A stretch of DNA of 63,920 nt, filler included, from Acidimicrobiia bacterium (GCA_046759765.1; 6 parts of 6 records of this genome joined end to end with filler, not necessarily neighbours in it); one strand, 5' to 3'. Shown: positions 21,845-31,524, numbered from the whole stretch's first letter. The notes: a model not told the origin generated them from the letters alone. Made by a program: numbers and translations.

Positions 21845-22194
21845 CGACAGAGAGCTACGAAGGGAAGGCCCGACGTACACCATCGACACGCTCGAGGAGC
21901 TCGAGGACTCCGAAGATGAGCTGACTCTCGTGATGGGGGCAGACTCCGCCCAGGGATTCCAGACCTGGCACCGGTGGGAGGAGATCACCGGCCACGCGGC
22001 TCTGGCTGTGGCGCCGCGGCAAGGAGTGACGCCGGACGATGTCCGCTCGGTTCTTCCTTCCGACCCCGCCTGGCTCGACATGGCCGAGGTATCGCTGAGT
22101 GGGACCGACATGCGCGCTCGGGTCAAGGCAGGCAGGTCCATCCGTTTCATGACGCCGGATCCCGTGTGGGAGTACGTCGAGGAGTATGAGCTCT
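21630..22194 (+). CDS. nadD: Nicotinate-nucleotide adenylyltransferase (3'-truncated)
   Basis: GILGGTFDPPHFGH, TYTIDTL, MGAD and WHRW. Confidence 0.95.
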
Positions 22195-22294
22195 NNNNNN
22201 NNNNNNNNNNNNNNNNNNNNNNNNNNNNNNNNNNNNNNTTAATTAATTAANNNNNNNNNNNNNNNNNNNNNNNNNNNNNNNNNNNNNNNNNNNN
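22195..22294. other. Artificial contig spacer
   Basis: N44-TTAATTAATTAA-N44. Confidence 0.99.
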
Positions 22295-22532
22295 TCGCCA
22301 TCAGGCTCTCGCGATCAATCCGGTTGAGATCTCTTCGGACAAGCTCCTGAAACGCCTCGGCACGAGCTTGCTCGGCTCCGGCCACAAGGTCCGCTCTGTC
22401 TAAGAAAGCGACTATCTCCCGGGTGTCACTTCGAAGAGAGATCGCCGCGGCTACTACGCCCACGGCTAATGCCACAAGGAGCAAGAGCCACCAGCGCCTC
22501 CGCCGGCGACGAGGCGACGATGTCACATACAC
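22295..22532 (-). CDS. Hypothetical membrane-anchored protein (3'-truncated)
   Basis: Arg-rich N-terminus followed by a hydrophobic helix. Lies directly downstream of tRNA-Leu. Confidence 0.6.
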
Positions 22533-22534
22533 GA

Positions 22535-22622
22535 TGGTGGGCGAGGGGGGACTCGAACCCCCACGAGCCTGAGCTCACAGGCACCTGAAGCCTGCGCGTC
22601 TGCCAAATTCCGCCACTCGCCC
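22535..22622 (-). tRNA. tRNA-Leu(CAG)
   Basis: GGGCGAG/CTCGCCC stem, CAGGC-TT-CAG-GT-GCCTG arm, long variable arm and encoded CCA. Divergent from fhaA, as in other actinobacteria. Confidence 0.96.
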
Positions 22623-22713
22623 GCGAGGGCCGTCGAGAATGGTACCAAAGGGCGCATTCTGTGGCCCGGGCCGCCACAGGATCCCTCTCTGGCGGACCTT
22701 TACACTCATCAGC

Positions 22714-23358
22714 GTGAGACTCGTCAGAGGTATCGAGAGGCAACTCGAGCGACTAATAGAGTCGCCGGCACGCGTCTTCGGAGGCGGTCTCTCGGACTCC
22801 GAGCTCGAAGCTCGCTTGTTTCGCGCCGGCGACCTTGCCCTGATGACCGGGCCTACAGGCCCGACCGCTCCCAATCATTACGAGCTCACGCTGCATCCAC
22901 GTGACATACGGTCTCTGCCGAACGACGCGAGCCGGAAGCTGGCGGCGGCGGTAGAGCGAAATGCTGCCGAGCGCGGATGGCGCTTGGACGGCCCGGGCAA
23001 GGTCACGTTGAGGGCCGATCCCACGGCGTCGAAGGGCACCATCGGATGGTCCACCTTCACAGTGCGAGGAGAAGTTGCGCCGTGGGCCAGACTCGTATCT
23101 TCTGATCGCACGATTCAGATCCGCTACAACCGTTCACTGATCGGGCGCGACCCCGACTGCGACCTCGTGATCCCTCATCGCCAAGTAAGCAGAGATCATG
23201 CTCTGATCTGGCGCGAGGGCGGATCCACACTGATCGAGGATCGTGGGTCCACCAACGGCACCTTCGTCGACGGCTACGGCGTTCCCCGGCCCACCGTTCT
23301 CAGGCCGGAGGTGACGATCACTCTCGGTCCCGTTTCCTTCGTCTTCGAGCCCTTGTAG
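22714..23358 (+). CDS. fhaA: FhaA (DUF3662 plus FHA domain)
   Basis: ERQLERL N-terminus, APN.Y and FHA motifs IGR, SRDH, GSTNGT. Synteny supports the call. Confidence 0.85.
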   Translation: MRLVRGIERQLERLIESPARVFGGGLSDSELEARLFRAGDLALMTGPTGPTAPNHYELTLHPRDIRSLPNDASRKLAAAVERNAAERGWRLDGPGKVTLRADPTASKGTIGWSTFTVRGEVAPWARLVSSDRTIQIRYNRSLIGRDPDCDLVIPHRQVSRDHALIWREGGSTLIEDRGSTNGTFVDGYGVPRPTVLRPEVTITLGPVSFVFEPL

Positions 23359-23367
23359 CCGTCTGCG

Positions 23368-23784
23368 ATGCCAGCTCTTTTCCTAACTCTGCTGAAGCTG
23401 ATCTTCATCGCACTTCTCTACCTTGTTCTCTGGCAAGTCGCGCGCTCGGTTGCTTCTCATACAGGAGTCTTCAGCGGCGGCCTCGGCCGACGGCGTCGAG
23501 GGACCAGTGTCCTCGTCGTGCGGTCCGACACTCAGACAGGTATGACGTTCGATGTAAGGGACGCAGTGGTAGTTGGCCGGTCGGATAGCGCCGACGTGCA
23601 GATCGAGGACGCCTATGCCTCCGAGTTTCATCTTCGGCTGGTTGCTCAGGATGGAGGCCTGATCCTGCACGATCTCGGTTCGACCAACGGCACATATGTC
23701 AACGGTCGGCGGATAAGCACTCCGATCACATTGGCTCGGGGAGATGCGGTCCAGGTCGGCAAGACGATTCTGGAGGTCCGATGA
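23368..23784 (+). CDS. fhaB: FhaB/FipA membrane-anchored FHA protein
   Basis: N-terminal TM helix, VGRS, DAYAS.FH and DLGSTNGT. Confidence 0.88.
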   Translation: MPALFLTLLKLIFIALLYLVLWQVARSVASHTGVFSGGLGRRRRGTSVLVVRSDTQTGMTFDVRDAVVVGRSDSADVQIEDAYASEFHLRLVAQDGGLILHDLGSTNGTYVNGRRISTPITLARGDAVQVGKTILEVR

Positions 23785-24485
23785 TGCTCACTTGGGCCAC
23801 AGGAACCCACCCGGGCCGCGTCCGCAGCAACAATGAGGATCGCCTCCACCCCCCGACGGCTGGCCGCGGTAAGGAGGTTCTAGCAATCGTGGCTGATGGC
23901 ATGGGAGGTCACGTCGGAGGCGAAGTAGCGAGCAGGCTCGCGGTAGAGGCAGCCACAGGTAGCCGCGATCTCGACGTGGCCGACCGGGTTCATCGGGCCA
24001 ACGCCGCCGTCTATGACCGATCGCTGCAGGAAGCCGACCTGGCCGGGATGGGCACGACGATGACCCTCGCCGAGATCACAGACAAGCGTGTGCGTATCGG
24101 CCACGTCGGTGACAGCCGCTGTTATCTGCTGCGGGGTGATGAGCTCTTGCTACTCACCCGCGACCACACGGTCGCTCATGAGCACCTCGAAGCAAACCGG
24201 ATATCTGAGGAGGAACTCGCAGAACACCCTCAGCGCCACGTATTGACGCGAGCTCTGGGACTGTTTCCCGAGGTTGAGGTCGACATATCGGAGGAACCCC
24301 TCGAGCCGGGCGATCGTTTGTTGGTGTGCTCGGACGGGCTCAACGGAATGATCAACGACAGACAGATACTCCGGACCGGGCGTGAGGGCGCGCCCGAAGA
24401 AGCGGTCTGGGGCCTTATCGAGCGAGCCAACCTCGCGGGCGGGTACGACAACATCACCGTGGTAATCGTCGACGTCGAATCATGA
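23781..24485 (+). CDS. pstP: PP2C Ser/Thr protein phosphatase
   Basis: GRVRSNNED, VADGMGG, HVGDSR, CSDGL and GG.DNITV. Confidence 0.93.
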   Translation: MMLTWATGTHPGRVRSNNEDRLHPPTAGRGKEVLAIVADGMGGHVGGEVASRLAVEAATGSRDLDVADRVHRANAAVYDRSLQEADLAGMGTTMTLAEITDKRVRIGHVGDSRCYLLRGDELLLLTRDHTVAHEHLEANRISEEELAEHPQRHVLTRALGLFPEVEVDISEEPLEPGDRLLVCSDGLNGMINDRQILRTGREGAPEEAVWGLIERANLAGGYDNITVVIVDVES

Positions 24486-25774
24486 ATCGCAACGCCGAGG
24501 CGGCGCTCGTGGTCGGAGCAGCTGCGATCGCTGCCTTTGGTGTTGCGCTGGTCAACCTCGCACTCGGTCAGGGTATCGACGCGCAAGTAGGACTCACCTT
24601 TCTGGTCTTCCTCATCGCGTTCGGGATCGTTCATCTGGCCGTCCGCCGATGGGCACCACGCGCCACTCCCTACATATGGCCTCTCGCCGCGGTGCTGACC
24701 GCGATCGGATTCGCGGAGGTGTACCGGCTTGATCCCCGCCTGGCGGCGCTCCAGCGGTGGTGGCTGCTGATCGCGGCTGCGCTGGTCGTCATTCTGATGT
24801 TCGCGCTCCACAAAGTCGGAGTCGCAGTGCTTCGACGCTACCGCTACGTCTTCCTTGCACTCGCTCTGCTGCTCCTAGCCCTGCCCTTCCTTCCGTCCTC
24901 CGGGCCACTACCTCTGCACGGCCTGGAGGTAAACGGATCCCGGCTATGGATCCGCCTCGACTTATTAGGACTGCAGTTCGACTTTCAGCCCACGGAGATC
25001 GCCAAGCTGCTGATGATCGCGTTTCTCGCTTCCTTTCTGGCAGAGAGACGCGACGCGTTGATTGCATCTGGCTCAAGGAGCTGGATCCGTCTTCCGCAGC
25101 CCCGGCAGCTTGTACCGCTGGTAGTGGCTTGGGCTCTGAGCGTCGCGGTGCTCGTCTACCAAAGGGATCTGGGAGCTTCACTACTGCTGCTGGCGATCGT
25201 CGTAACCATGCTGTACGCAGCCACGGCCTCCCCCGGTTACATATGGACCGGCGCAGGCCTCTTCGTCGCGGGCGGGGTAGGAGCCTGGATCATGTTCGAT
25301 CACGTACAGCGGCGCGTAACGGCCTGGCTGGTGCCCTTCTCGGACTACGAGGACTCCGGATTCCAGATGGCGCAGAGCTTGTTCGCGCTCGGGACCGGGA
25401 GTATCTCCGGCAGCGGACTTGGCCTTGGGAGGCCCGACCTTATACCACATGCCGAGACGGACTTCGTCCTTGCCGCCGTCGGCGAGGAGCTCGGACTGGC
25501 CGGAGTCGTAGCCGTCATCTCGCTGTTCACGCTGCTCGTAGGAGTCTCCTTCGGAATCGCTCTTCGAGCCCGGGACTCGTTTCGCAAGCTCTTGGCGGCT
25601 GGCCTGGCGCTGCTGATCGGGCTTCAGGCGCTACTGATCATCGGGGGAATACTCCGAGCGTTCCCACTAACTGGCCTTCCCCTGCCGTTCATGTCTTACG
25701 GTGGCTCCGCTCTGGTGGGTAGCTTCGCCGCGCTTGCGCTTCTCAGCCGCGTTTCTCACGAGGAGCCCTCGTGA
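24482..25774 (+). CDS. rodA: SEDS family peptidoglycan glycosyltransferase RodA
   Basis: QPTEIAK, QRDLG, TDF, GEELG and PLTGLPLPFMSYGGS. Confidence 0.93.
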   Translation: MNRNAEAALVVGAAAIAAFGVALVNLALGQGIDAQVGLTFLVFLIAFGIVHLAVRRWAPRATPYIWPLAAVLTAIGFAEVYRLDPRLAALQRWWLLIAAALVVILMFALHKVGVAVLRRYRYVFLALALLLLALPFLPSSGPLPLHGLEVNGSRLWIRLDLLGLQFDFQPTEIAKLLMIAFLASFLAERRDALIASGSRSWIRLPQPRQLVPLVVAWALSVAVLVYQRDLGASLLLLAIVVTMLYAATASPGYIWTGAGLFVAGGVGAWIMFDHVQRRVTAWLVPFSDYEDSGFQMAQSLFALGTGSISGSGLGLGRPDLIPHAETDFVLAAVGEELGLAGVVAVISLFTLLVGVSFGIALRARDSFRKLLAAGLALLIGLQALLIIGGILRAFPLTGLPLPFMSYGGSALVGSFAALALLSRVSHEEPS

Positions 25775-27213
25775 ACTCTCCCATACGCAGACTCACGACC
25801 GTCATCCTCGTAACCCTGCTGATCATGGCCTTGGGCGCGACCTACGTCCAGGCAGTCGCAGGGCCCCGCTACCGAGACGACCCCCGCAACTTCCGCGTCT
25901 TGCTGGCGCTCTCGGGTAAGGAACGTGGCTTGATCGTCACCGCCGACGGTGTCACGGTTGCCGAGTCCATCGCCGACAGCGAAGACCCGCGCAGCTACCT
26001 TCGGCGCTACCCCCACGGCCCCCTGTACGCACATGCGGTCGGTTTCTCGTCCCTTCTGTTCGGCGATCAGGGCATTGAGGCAGCCTTTGCCGACGACTTG
26101 AGATCCAAGCGAGACCTGACGATCTCGGATCTGATCACCGCGTTGCTCGGGAGAGACCTGCGGGCGCGCTCGATACAGCTGACCCTCGACCATGAACTGC
26201 AACAGTCCGCAACGGAGGCGCTCGGAGATAACCGCGGTGCCGTAGTCGCGCTCGACCCTTCCACTGGCGCGGTTCTGGCGTTTGTCTCGCACCCTTCGTT
26301 CGACGTCAACGAGATCGTGGGACCCCAAACCGCTCCGACGTATGCGGAGCTGTCCAACGACCCTTCTCGCCCTCTGTTGAACAGGGCCAGCAGACAGTCC
26401 TACCCACCCGGTTCTTCCTTCAAAGTGATCACGGCTGCCTCTGCCCTCGAGGCAGGCCTCGCGGGTAAGGCCACAGAATTTCCCGATCCCGCCGTCCTTG
26501 CGCTACCGGGGTCGACAGCAACGATCCGCAATGCCGACTTTGCCGCTTGCGGAGGTGGAGATTCCGTAACGCTGCACGTTGCCTTCCGGCGTTCCTGCAA
26601 CACGACGTTCGGTGCTCTTGCCATGGAGGTTGGGAGCGAGGCCTTGGCCAACCAGGCCGTCGCCTTCGGGTTCAACAGCGACCTGCCAATCGAAATCGGA
26701 GCCCTCACATCTGCTTTCCCTTTGGACCTCGACGAGGATCTGCCGTCGGTGGCGCAAAGTGGGATCGGACACAGGGATGTCCAGGCGACTGTGCTTCAGA
26801 TGGCCCTCGCCGCGGCCGCGGTCGCCAATGGAGGTCTGATAATGACGCCGCACCTAGTCACGACTGTCATCGACGCCGACGGCGTCGTCGCCTACCAGAC
26901 CGAGCCCGAGGCGTTTCGTCGCGCTACCTCCCCCGGAACCGCGCTTCTGCTTGCAGACATGATGGAGGAGGTCGTCACCCTCGGCACCGGACGGCGGGCG
27001 CAAGTACCAGGGGTAAGAGTGGCAGGGAAGACCGGCACCGCGGTGAGCGGGAACGAAATTCACGCGTGGTTCATCGGATTTGCTCCGGTCGAAGATCCCA
27101 CTGTCGCGCTAGCCGTCCTGGTCGAAGACGCGGGAGAGGATGCCTCGGGAGGAACCGTGGCGGCGCCGATTGCGGCCGAGGTTCTGTCCGGATGGTTCGA
27201 GAGGAACAACTGA
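25771..27213 (+). CDS. pbpA: Class B penicillin-binding protein PbpA
   Basis: GSSFK (SxxK), SCN and KTGT. Confidence 0.93.
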   Translation: MNSPIRRLTTVILVTLLIMALGATYVQAVAGPRYRDDPRNFRVLLALSGKERGLIVTADGVTVAESIADSEDPRSYLRRYPHGPLYAHAVGFSSLLFGDQGIEAAFADDLRSKRDLTISDLITALLGRDLRARSIQLTLDHELQQSATEALGDNRGAVVALDPSTGAVLAFVSHPSFDVNEIVGPQTAPTYAELSNDPSRPLLNRASRQSYPPGSSFKVITAASALEAGLAGKATEFPDPAVLALPGSTATIRNADFAACGGGDSVTLHVAFRRSCNTTFGALAMEVGSEALANQAVAFGFNSDLPIEIGALTSAFPLDLDEDLPSVAQSGIGHRDVQATVLQMALAAAAVANGGLIMTPHLVTTVIDADGVVAYQTEPEAFRRATSPGTALLLADMMEEVVTLGTGRRAQVPGVRVAGKTGTAVSGNEIHAWFIGFAPVEDPTVALAVLVEDAGEDASGGTVAAPIAAEVLSGWFERNN

Positions 27214-27236
27214 GCCATGCATACACTCGGCCGCAG

Positions 27237-29117
27237 ATGACACAGGAAACGCGCTCTTTAGCCGGCCGTTATGAGCTTCTGGCCCACGTCGCCCGAGGTG
27301 GGATGGCCGACGTCTACGAAGCACGCGACACGCTCCTCGACCGCCGAGTGGCGGTCAAGGTCCTGCACTCCCAGTACAGCGCAGACGACGCCTTCGTAAA
27401 GCGATTCCGCCGGGAGGCGCAGGCGGCCGCCAACCTCAGCCATCCGAACATCGTCGGCATCTTCGACTGGGGCGAGGACGACTCGACCTACTTCATCGTG
27501 ATGGAGCTGGTCGAAGGCCGTTCTCTCCGCGAGGTGCTCCGCTCAGAGGGAACCCTGCTACCGAGACGGGCGGCCGAGATCGCGTCCGAAGTCGCTGCTG
27601 CGCTCGAAGTCGCTCATCGGGCCGGACTTGTTCACCGGGACGTCAAACCGGGCAACATACTCCTGACTCCCGACGGAACCGTGAAGGTCACGGATTTCGG
27701 AATCGCTCGTGCCTGGGATGACTCATCCGAGCTGACCCGGACGGGCGCGGTGATCGGCACGGCTACCTACTTCAGTCCTGAGCAGGCGCAAGGGACGGCG
27801 GCCGACTCGAGGTCGGACGTCTATTCACTCGGCATTGTCATCTACGAGATGCTCACCGGTCAGCCGCCGTTCACGGGCGAAACCCCCGTCGCTATTGCCT
27901 ACCAACACGTGCAATCGGCCCCGTTTCCGCCCTCAGCACTGAACGACGACATACCCCGCGAGCTGGACCAGATATCCCTTCACGCCCTTTCGAAGGAGCC
28001 CGACGAGCGTTATCAGACGGCCGACGAATTCCGCACGGACCTGCTGCTCTACCTGCAGGGCCAGACTCCGCTGGTCGCCGCTCCCGTCGGCGCGACAGCC
28101 GTTATCACGCAGACCGACCTTCCGCCCCCGACCGTGCCGCCGGATGAGGCCTATAGAACGGTGTCTGCTGAGCCCCAAGGAAGTCAGCTGCCGTTCCTGC
28201 TCATCGCGTTTGCACTCTTGATGCTCATCACGGTCGGGGTGTTCACACTCGTCCGGCAGCTCGCCGGCAATACCGGGGGAGTTGCGCTGGTCGAGATACC
28301 GGACGTCACCGGCTGGGAGGAGACTGCGGCGTTTGCCGAACTCCAGCGGTTCGGCTTCGACGTTGTACCCGAACGTCAGACGAGTGAAGACATCGAGGCG
28401 GGCTTCGTTGTGCGAACGCAGCCTTCGGCGGGCGACGAGGCGCCAGAAGGCTCGCTGGTGACCATCATCATCTCGCTCGGCGGCGAGGCATTTCCTGTGC
28501 CCGAAGTTATCGGCCTCGACCAAGCCGAGGCCGAAAGCGTCCTCCGAGCAAACCGCTTCGTCATCGGCGAGATATCTGAAATGCCCGACGCGACGGCGGC
28601 CGCGGGCATCGTCATTCGGCAGGATCCAACGCCCGGTGAGCGTCGGGAGCCCCAGACACCGATCGATCTCGTCGTCTCGTCCGGTCCACCAATCGTCGTC
28701 ATGCCGGATCTAGCGGGTCGAACCGAAGCGGATGCGCTATTCCAGTTGGGCAGCCTCGGCTTGATCCCGGACGTTGAGAGGGAGTTCGACGAAGAGGTTC
28801 CTGATGGGGCCGTGATCGAGACCGAGCCCGGGGCTGGTCAGCTCGCCGAGCCTGGCGCCGTCGTCGTGGTACGCGTTTCCCAGGGTCCGGAGCCGGTCGA
28901 AGTCCCCAACGTTGTCGGGCTTACCCCTGATGAGGCAAACAACATCTTGTCCCCGCTAGGCCTCGTATTGAGCGCTCGAGCCACCACCGTGCCGGTCGCT
29001 CCAGAGCTAGATGGGACGATTTTCGATCAAGTGCCTGCGCCCGGAACACAGGTGCCACCGGGCACGGTCGTCACGGTGACCATGGGTGAGGCACCTGCTG
29101 AACCTCCGGACGAGTAG
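27237..29117 (+). CDS. pknB: PASTA-domain Ser/Thr kinase PknB
   Basis: GGMADVY, VAVK, HRDVKPGN, DFG, a TM helix and four PASTA repeats. ATG at 27237. Confidence 0.95.
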   Translation: MTQETRSLAGRYELLAHVARGGMADVYEARDTLLDRRVAVKVLHSQYSADDAFVKRFRREAQAAANLSHPNIVGIFDWGEDDSTYFIVMELVEGRSLREVLRSEGTLLPRRAAEIASEVAAALEVAHRAGLVHRDVKPGNILLTPDGTVKVTDFGIARAWDDSSELTRTGAVIGTATYFSPEQAQGTAADSRSDVYSLGIVIYEMLTGQPPFTGETPVAIAYQHVQSAPFPPSALNDDIPRELDQISLHALSKEPDERYQTADEFRTDLLLYLQGQTPLVAAPVGATAVITQTDLPPPTVPPDEAYRTVSAEPQGSQLPFLLIAFALLMLITVGVFTLVRQLAGNTGGVALVEIPDVTGWEETAAFAELQRFGFDVVPERQTSEDIEAGFVVRTQPSAGDEAPEGSLVTIIISLGGEAFPVPEVIGLDQAEAESVLRANRFVIGEISEMPDATAAAGIVIRQDPTPGERREPQTPIDLVVSSGPPIVVMPDLAGRTEADALFQLGSLGLIPDVEREFDEEVPDGAVIETEPGAGQLAEPGAVVVVRVSQGPEPVEVPNVVGLTPDEANNILSPLGLVLSARATTVPVAPELDGTIFDQVPAPGTQVPPGTVVTVTMGEAPAEPPDE

Positions 29118-29154
29118 CGGACGATCGATGCGATCGCTCCCCCCATAGGGTCCA

Positions 29155-29598
29155 ATGGAGTGGTCAGACGTCGAGGCGGCAGCCCGTCGAATTCACTGGG
29201 GGGCATTTCTCGCCACGGCCAACCGAGAGGGCACGCCCCATCTGGCTTTCGTGTCTCCGGGATTCGCCCACCAAAGAATCTGGGTTGTTTCCGATCGCGA
29301 TACTCGGAAGGTGAGAAACGTGAGCGAGAATCCGGCCGTCGCGATGCACTGGCCCGTCGACCCGGACGACACCAACCTGCAGCTCCTAGTTGAGGGCAGA
29401 GCTCGTCTTGTTACCGATGAGACTGACAAGGCGTCGCTGTGGGCCTTGGAGCCCGTGCCCTGGCGGCTGGCTGACTTTTATGACGGTCCTGCGGACCCCA
29501 AGCTGGTGTTCATCGAGATTCAGCCCCGCCACGCCTCGCTTGCCCAAGCTTTTGGAGAAGACTTCGAGACGTGGAGCAGCCGAGACGATGCCACGTAG
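29155..29598 (+). CDS. Pyridoxamine 5'-phosphate oxidase-like split-barrel protein
   Basis: FLAT...GTPH, RKVRN..ENPAV and VEGRA. Confidence 0.8.
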   Translation: MEWSDVEAAARRIHWGAFLATANREGTPHLAFVSPGFAHQRIWVVSDRDTRKVRNVSENPAVAMHWPVDPDDTNLQLLVEGRARLVTDETDKASLWALEPVPWRLADFYDGPADPKLVFIEIQPRHASLAQAFGEDFETWSSRDDAT

Positions 29599-29612
29599 TA
29601 CTTTGAAAGGGA

Positions 29613-29858
29613 ATGCCTGAGTCGAAGAAGCGAAAAGGGCGCAAGCCACCCCCAGCCCAACGCGCCTCTCCAAAGAAGGAGATCGCCAAGAACCCTTCAC
29701 CCACTTGGTACGCGATCGTCATGTTCGCTCTGATGGGAGTGGGCGTGGTGCTCGTACTGCTGAACTACGTCGTCCAGGACGTGTTCGGCCGCTGGGGTCT
29801 GTTCGTCGGCCTGGGCGGGATCGCGGTCGGCTTCTTGATGTTGACCAACTTCCGCTGA
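29613..29858 (+). CDS. crgA: Cell division protein CrgA
   Basis: MPESKKRK, SPTWY, two TM helices and a C-terminal GFLMLTNFR. Confidence 0.9.
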   Translation: MPESKKRKGRKPPPAQRASPKKEIAKNPSPTWYAIVMFALMGVGVVLVLLNYVVQDVFGRWGLFVGLGGIAVGFLMLTNFR

Positions 29859-29859
29859 A

Positions 29860-29910
29860 CGCGTTCCTGTCAATCTGAACCGCGCTTTTCGCGGCTGCGA
29901 TTGACAAGAA
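29860..29910. repeat. REP-like imperfect palindrome, copy 1
   Basis: CGCGTTCCTGTCAATCTGAACCGCG-CTTTT-CGCGGCTGCGATTGACAAGAA. A near-identical copy lies at 33163. Confidence 0.8.
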
Positions 29911-29924
29911 TCACATCGATGTAG

Positions 29925-29957
29925 TTATCCCCGGATCACTCCACAGCCTGTGGATCA
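29925..29957. promoter_or_regulatory. Degenerate DnaA-box cluster downstream of crgA
   Basis: TTATCCCCG, CACTCCACA and TGTGGATCA (reverse complement TGATCCACA). Confidence 0.45.
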
Positions 29958-30203
29958 GGGTCTCCAGACGGGAACCATCTCCTCCCGACAGTGGCGAGGA
30001 GGCTCCGTCTCGGTCAGGGAAGCGATATGCACCGTCAGCTCCGTCCCGCAGACCGTGCACTTGTAGTCTTGCTCGGCCTCCACAACGGCGGTCGGATCGA
30101 TCTCCTGTGGCGGGGTAGCCAGCGCTTTGATGATCGACCTCGTCACGACCCAGATCACCAACCCGATGACTATGGCAATCAAGATCTGGAGAAGCGGAGG
30201 CAT
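29955..30203 (-). CDS. Small membrane-anchored putative metal-binding protein
   Basis: N-terminal TM helix followed by CTVC...RHCREEM. Confidence 0.8.
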   Translation of the reverse strand: MPPLLQILIAIVIGLVIWVVTRSIIKALATPPQEIDPTAVVEAEQDYKCTVCGTELTVHIASLTETEPPRHCREEMVPVWRP

Positions 30204-30251
30204 ATCTATCCGACGCGGTGACCGAGGTGGAACTTACACGGAGCGGGCTTT

Positions 30252-31418
30252 TCAGATCCTCTCGATGATCGTGCCGTTGGCGGTCCCGCCTCCCTCGCAC
30301 ATCGACTGGAGGCCGTACCGACCTCCTGTGCGTATGAGCTCGTGTGTGAGCTTGGTCATGAGCATGGCGCCTGAGCACCCGAGCGGGTGACCGATGGCGA
30401 TCGCCCCGCCGTTGACGTTCGTCCTCTCCCACAGCTCCTGGCCGTACTCGGCCAGCCAGGCACCGATGACAGAAGCAAACGCCTCGTTGATCTCGAACAG
30501 GTCGATGTCCTCGAGGCGTAGACCCGCGCGGTCGAGAGCCTTCTGAGTGGCCGGGATCGGACCGGTGAGCATCATGATGGGGTCGTCTCCGGCTAGCGAG
30601 AAGGACTTGAAGCGCGCGAGCGGTTGCAGCCCATGCTCGGCGGCTGTGTCCTCTCCCATTATGAGGAGCGCGGATGCGCCGTCCGAGATCTGCGACGAGT
30701 TGCCCGCCGTCACGACACCATCAGGTTTGAAAGCCGGCTTCAAGGAGGCCAACGCCTCCATCGAGCTGTCCCTGCGGATACCCTCGTCGGTCAGCATCAG
30801 CTCGGTGGATCCGTCCTCCAGGGTGATCTCAATCGGGATGATCTGGCTCTCGAAGCGGCCCTCGTCGGTCGCGCGAGCAGCTCGTGCGTGAGAGTCGAGT
30901 CCGATCTGGTCCAGGTACTCGCGTGCCAAACCCCACTTCTCTGCGATCAGCTCCGCCGAGATCCCCTGAGGAACCAGTCCATGGGAATAGCGCTCTTGCA
31001 TCCGAGGACCGAACGGCTGACCAGGGCCTTGCAGGGCAGTGATGCCCATTGGAACGCGGGTCATGCTCTCGACGCCGCCCGCGATGACTACGTCGTAGAC
31101 GCCGGCCATGACGCCCTGGGCGGCAAAGTGGATGGCCTGCTGACCGGAGCCACACTGCCGGTCCACGGTTACTCCGACAACGTCCTCGGGAAACCCGGCC
31201 GCCAGCGCGGCATTGCGGGCCGCGTTGATGGCTTGCTCGCCGGTCTGGCTCACGACGCCCAGGATCACATCCTCTACCAGTGCCGGATCGACGTCATTGC
31301 GCTGAACGACCGCCTTGAGTGGCTCCGACGCCAAGTCGACAGGATGCCAGTCCTTCAGCTTGCCGTTTCGTTTGCCGATCGGCGTTCGGACCGCATCGAC
31401 GATGACCGCACTTCTCAT
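30252..31418 (-). CDS. Thiolase (acetyl-CoA C-acyltransferase)
   Basis: DRQCGS, NEAFA, GHPLG and SMCEGGG. Confidence 0.95.
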   Translation of the reverse strand: MRSAVIVDAVRTPIGKRNGKLKDWHPVDLASEPLKAVVQRNDVDPALVEDVILGVVSQTGEQAINAARNAALAAGFPEDVVGVTVDRQCGSGQQAIHFAAQGVMAGVYDVVIAGGVESMTRVPMGITALQGPGQPFGPRMQERYSHGLVPQGISAELIAEKWGLAREYLDQIGLDSHARAARATDEGRFESQIIPIEITLEDGSTELMLTDEGIRRDSSMEALASLKPAFKPDGVVTAGNSSQISDGASALLIMGEDTAAEHGLQPLARFKSFSLAGDDPIMMLTGPIPATQKALDRAGLRLEDIDLFEINEAFASVIGAWLAEYGQELWERTNVNGGAIAIGHPLGCSGAMLMTKLTHELIRTGGRYGLQSMCEGGGTANGTIIERI

Positions 31419-31445
31419 GTTGAGCTCCTGAACATCGGTGTAACT

Positions 31446-31468
31446 AATGCTACGACGAACGCAGCATT
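31446..31468. promoter_or_regulatory. Palindromic operator candidate upstream of thiolase
   Basis: AATGCTACG-N5-CGCAGCATT (8/9 match), overlapping a minus-strand TAGCAT -10-like hexamer. Confidence 0.5.
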
Positions 31469-31524
31469 CCGTGCTCAGTGCAACAAGAGGCGACGGCCCG
31501 AGCTTCCCACATCACCCGAGTCAG

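Noticed and set aside
26547..27236. 230-aa N-terminal extension of PknB in the ORF track (similar extensions on the XDH large subunit, Nif3 and ilvE)
   Set aside because: It overlaps pbpA in another frame and is low-complexity. The kinase domain starts at ATG 27237.
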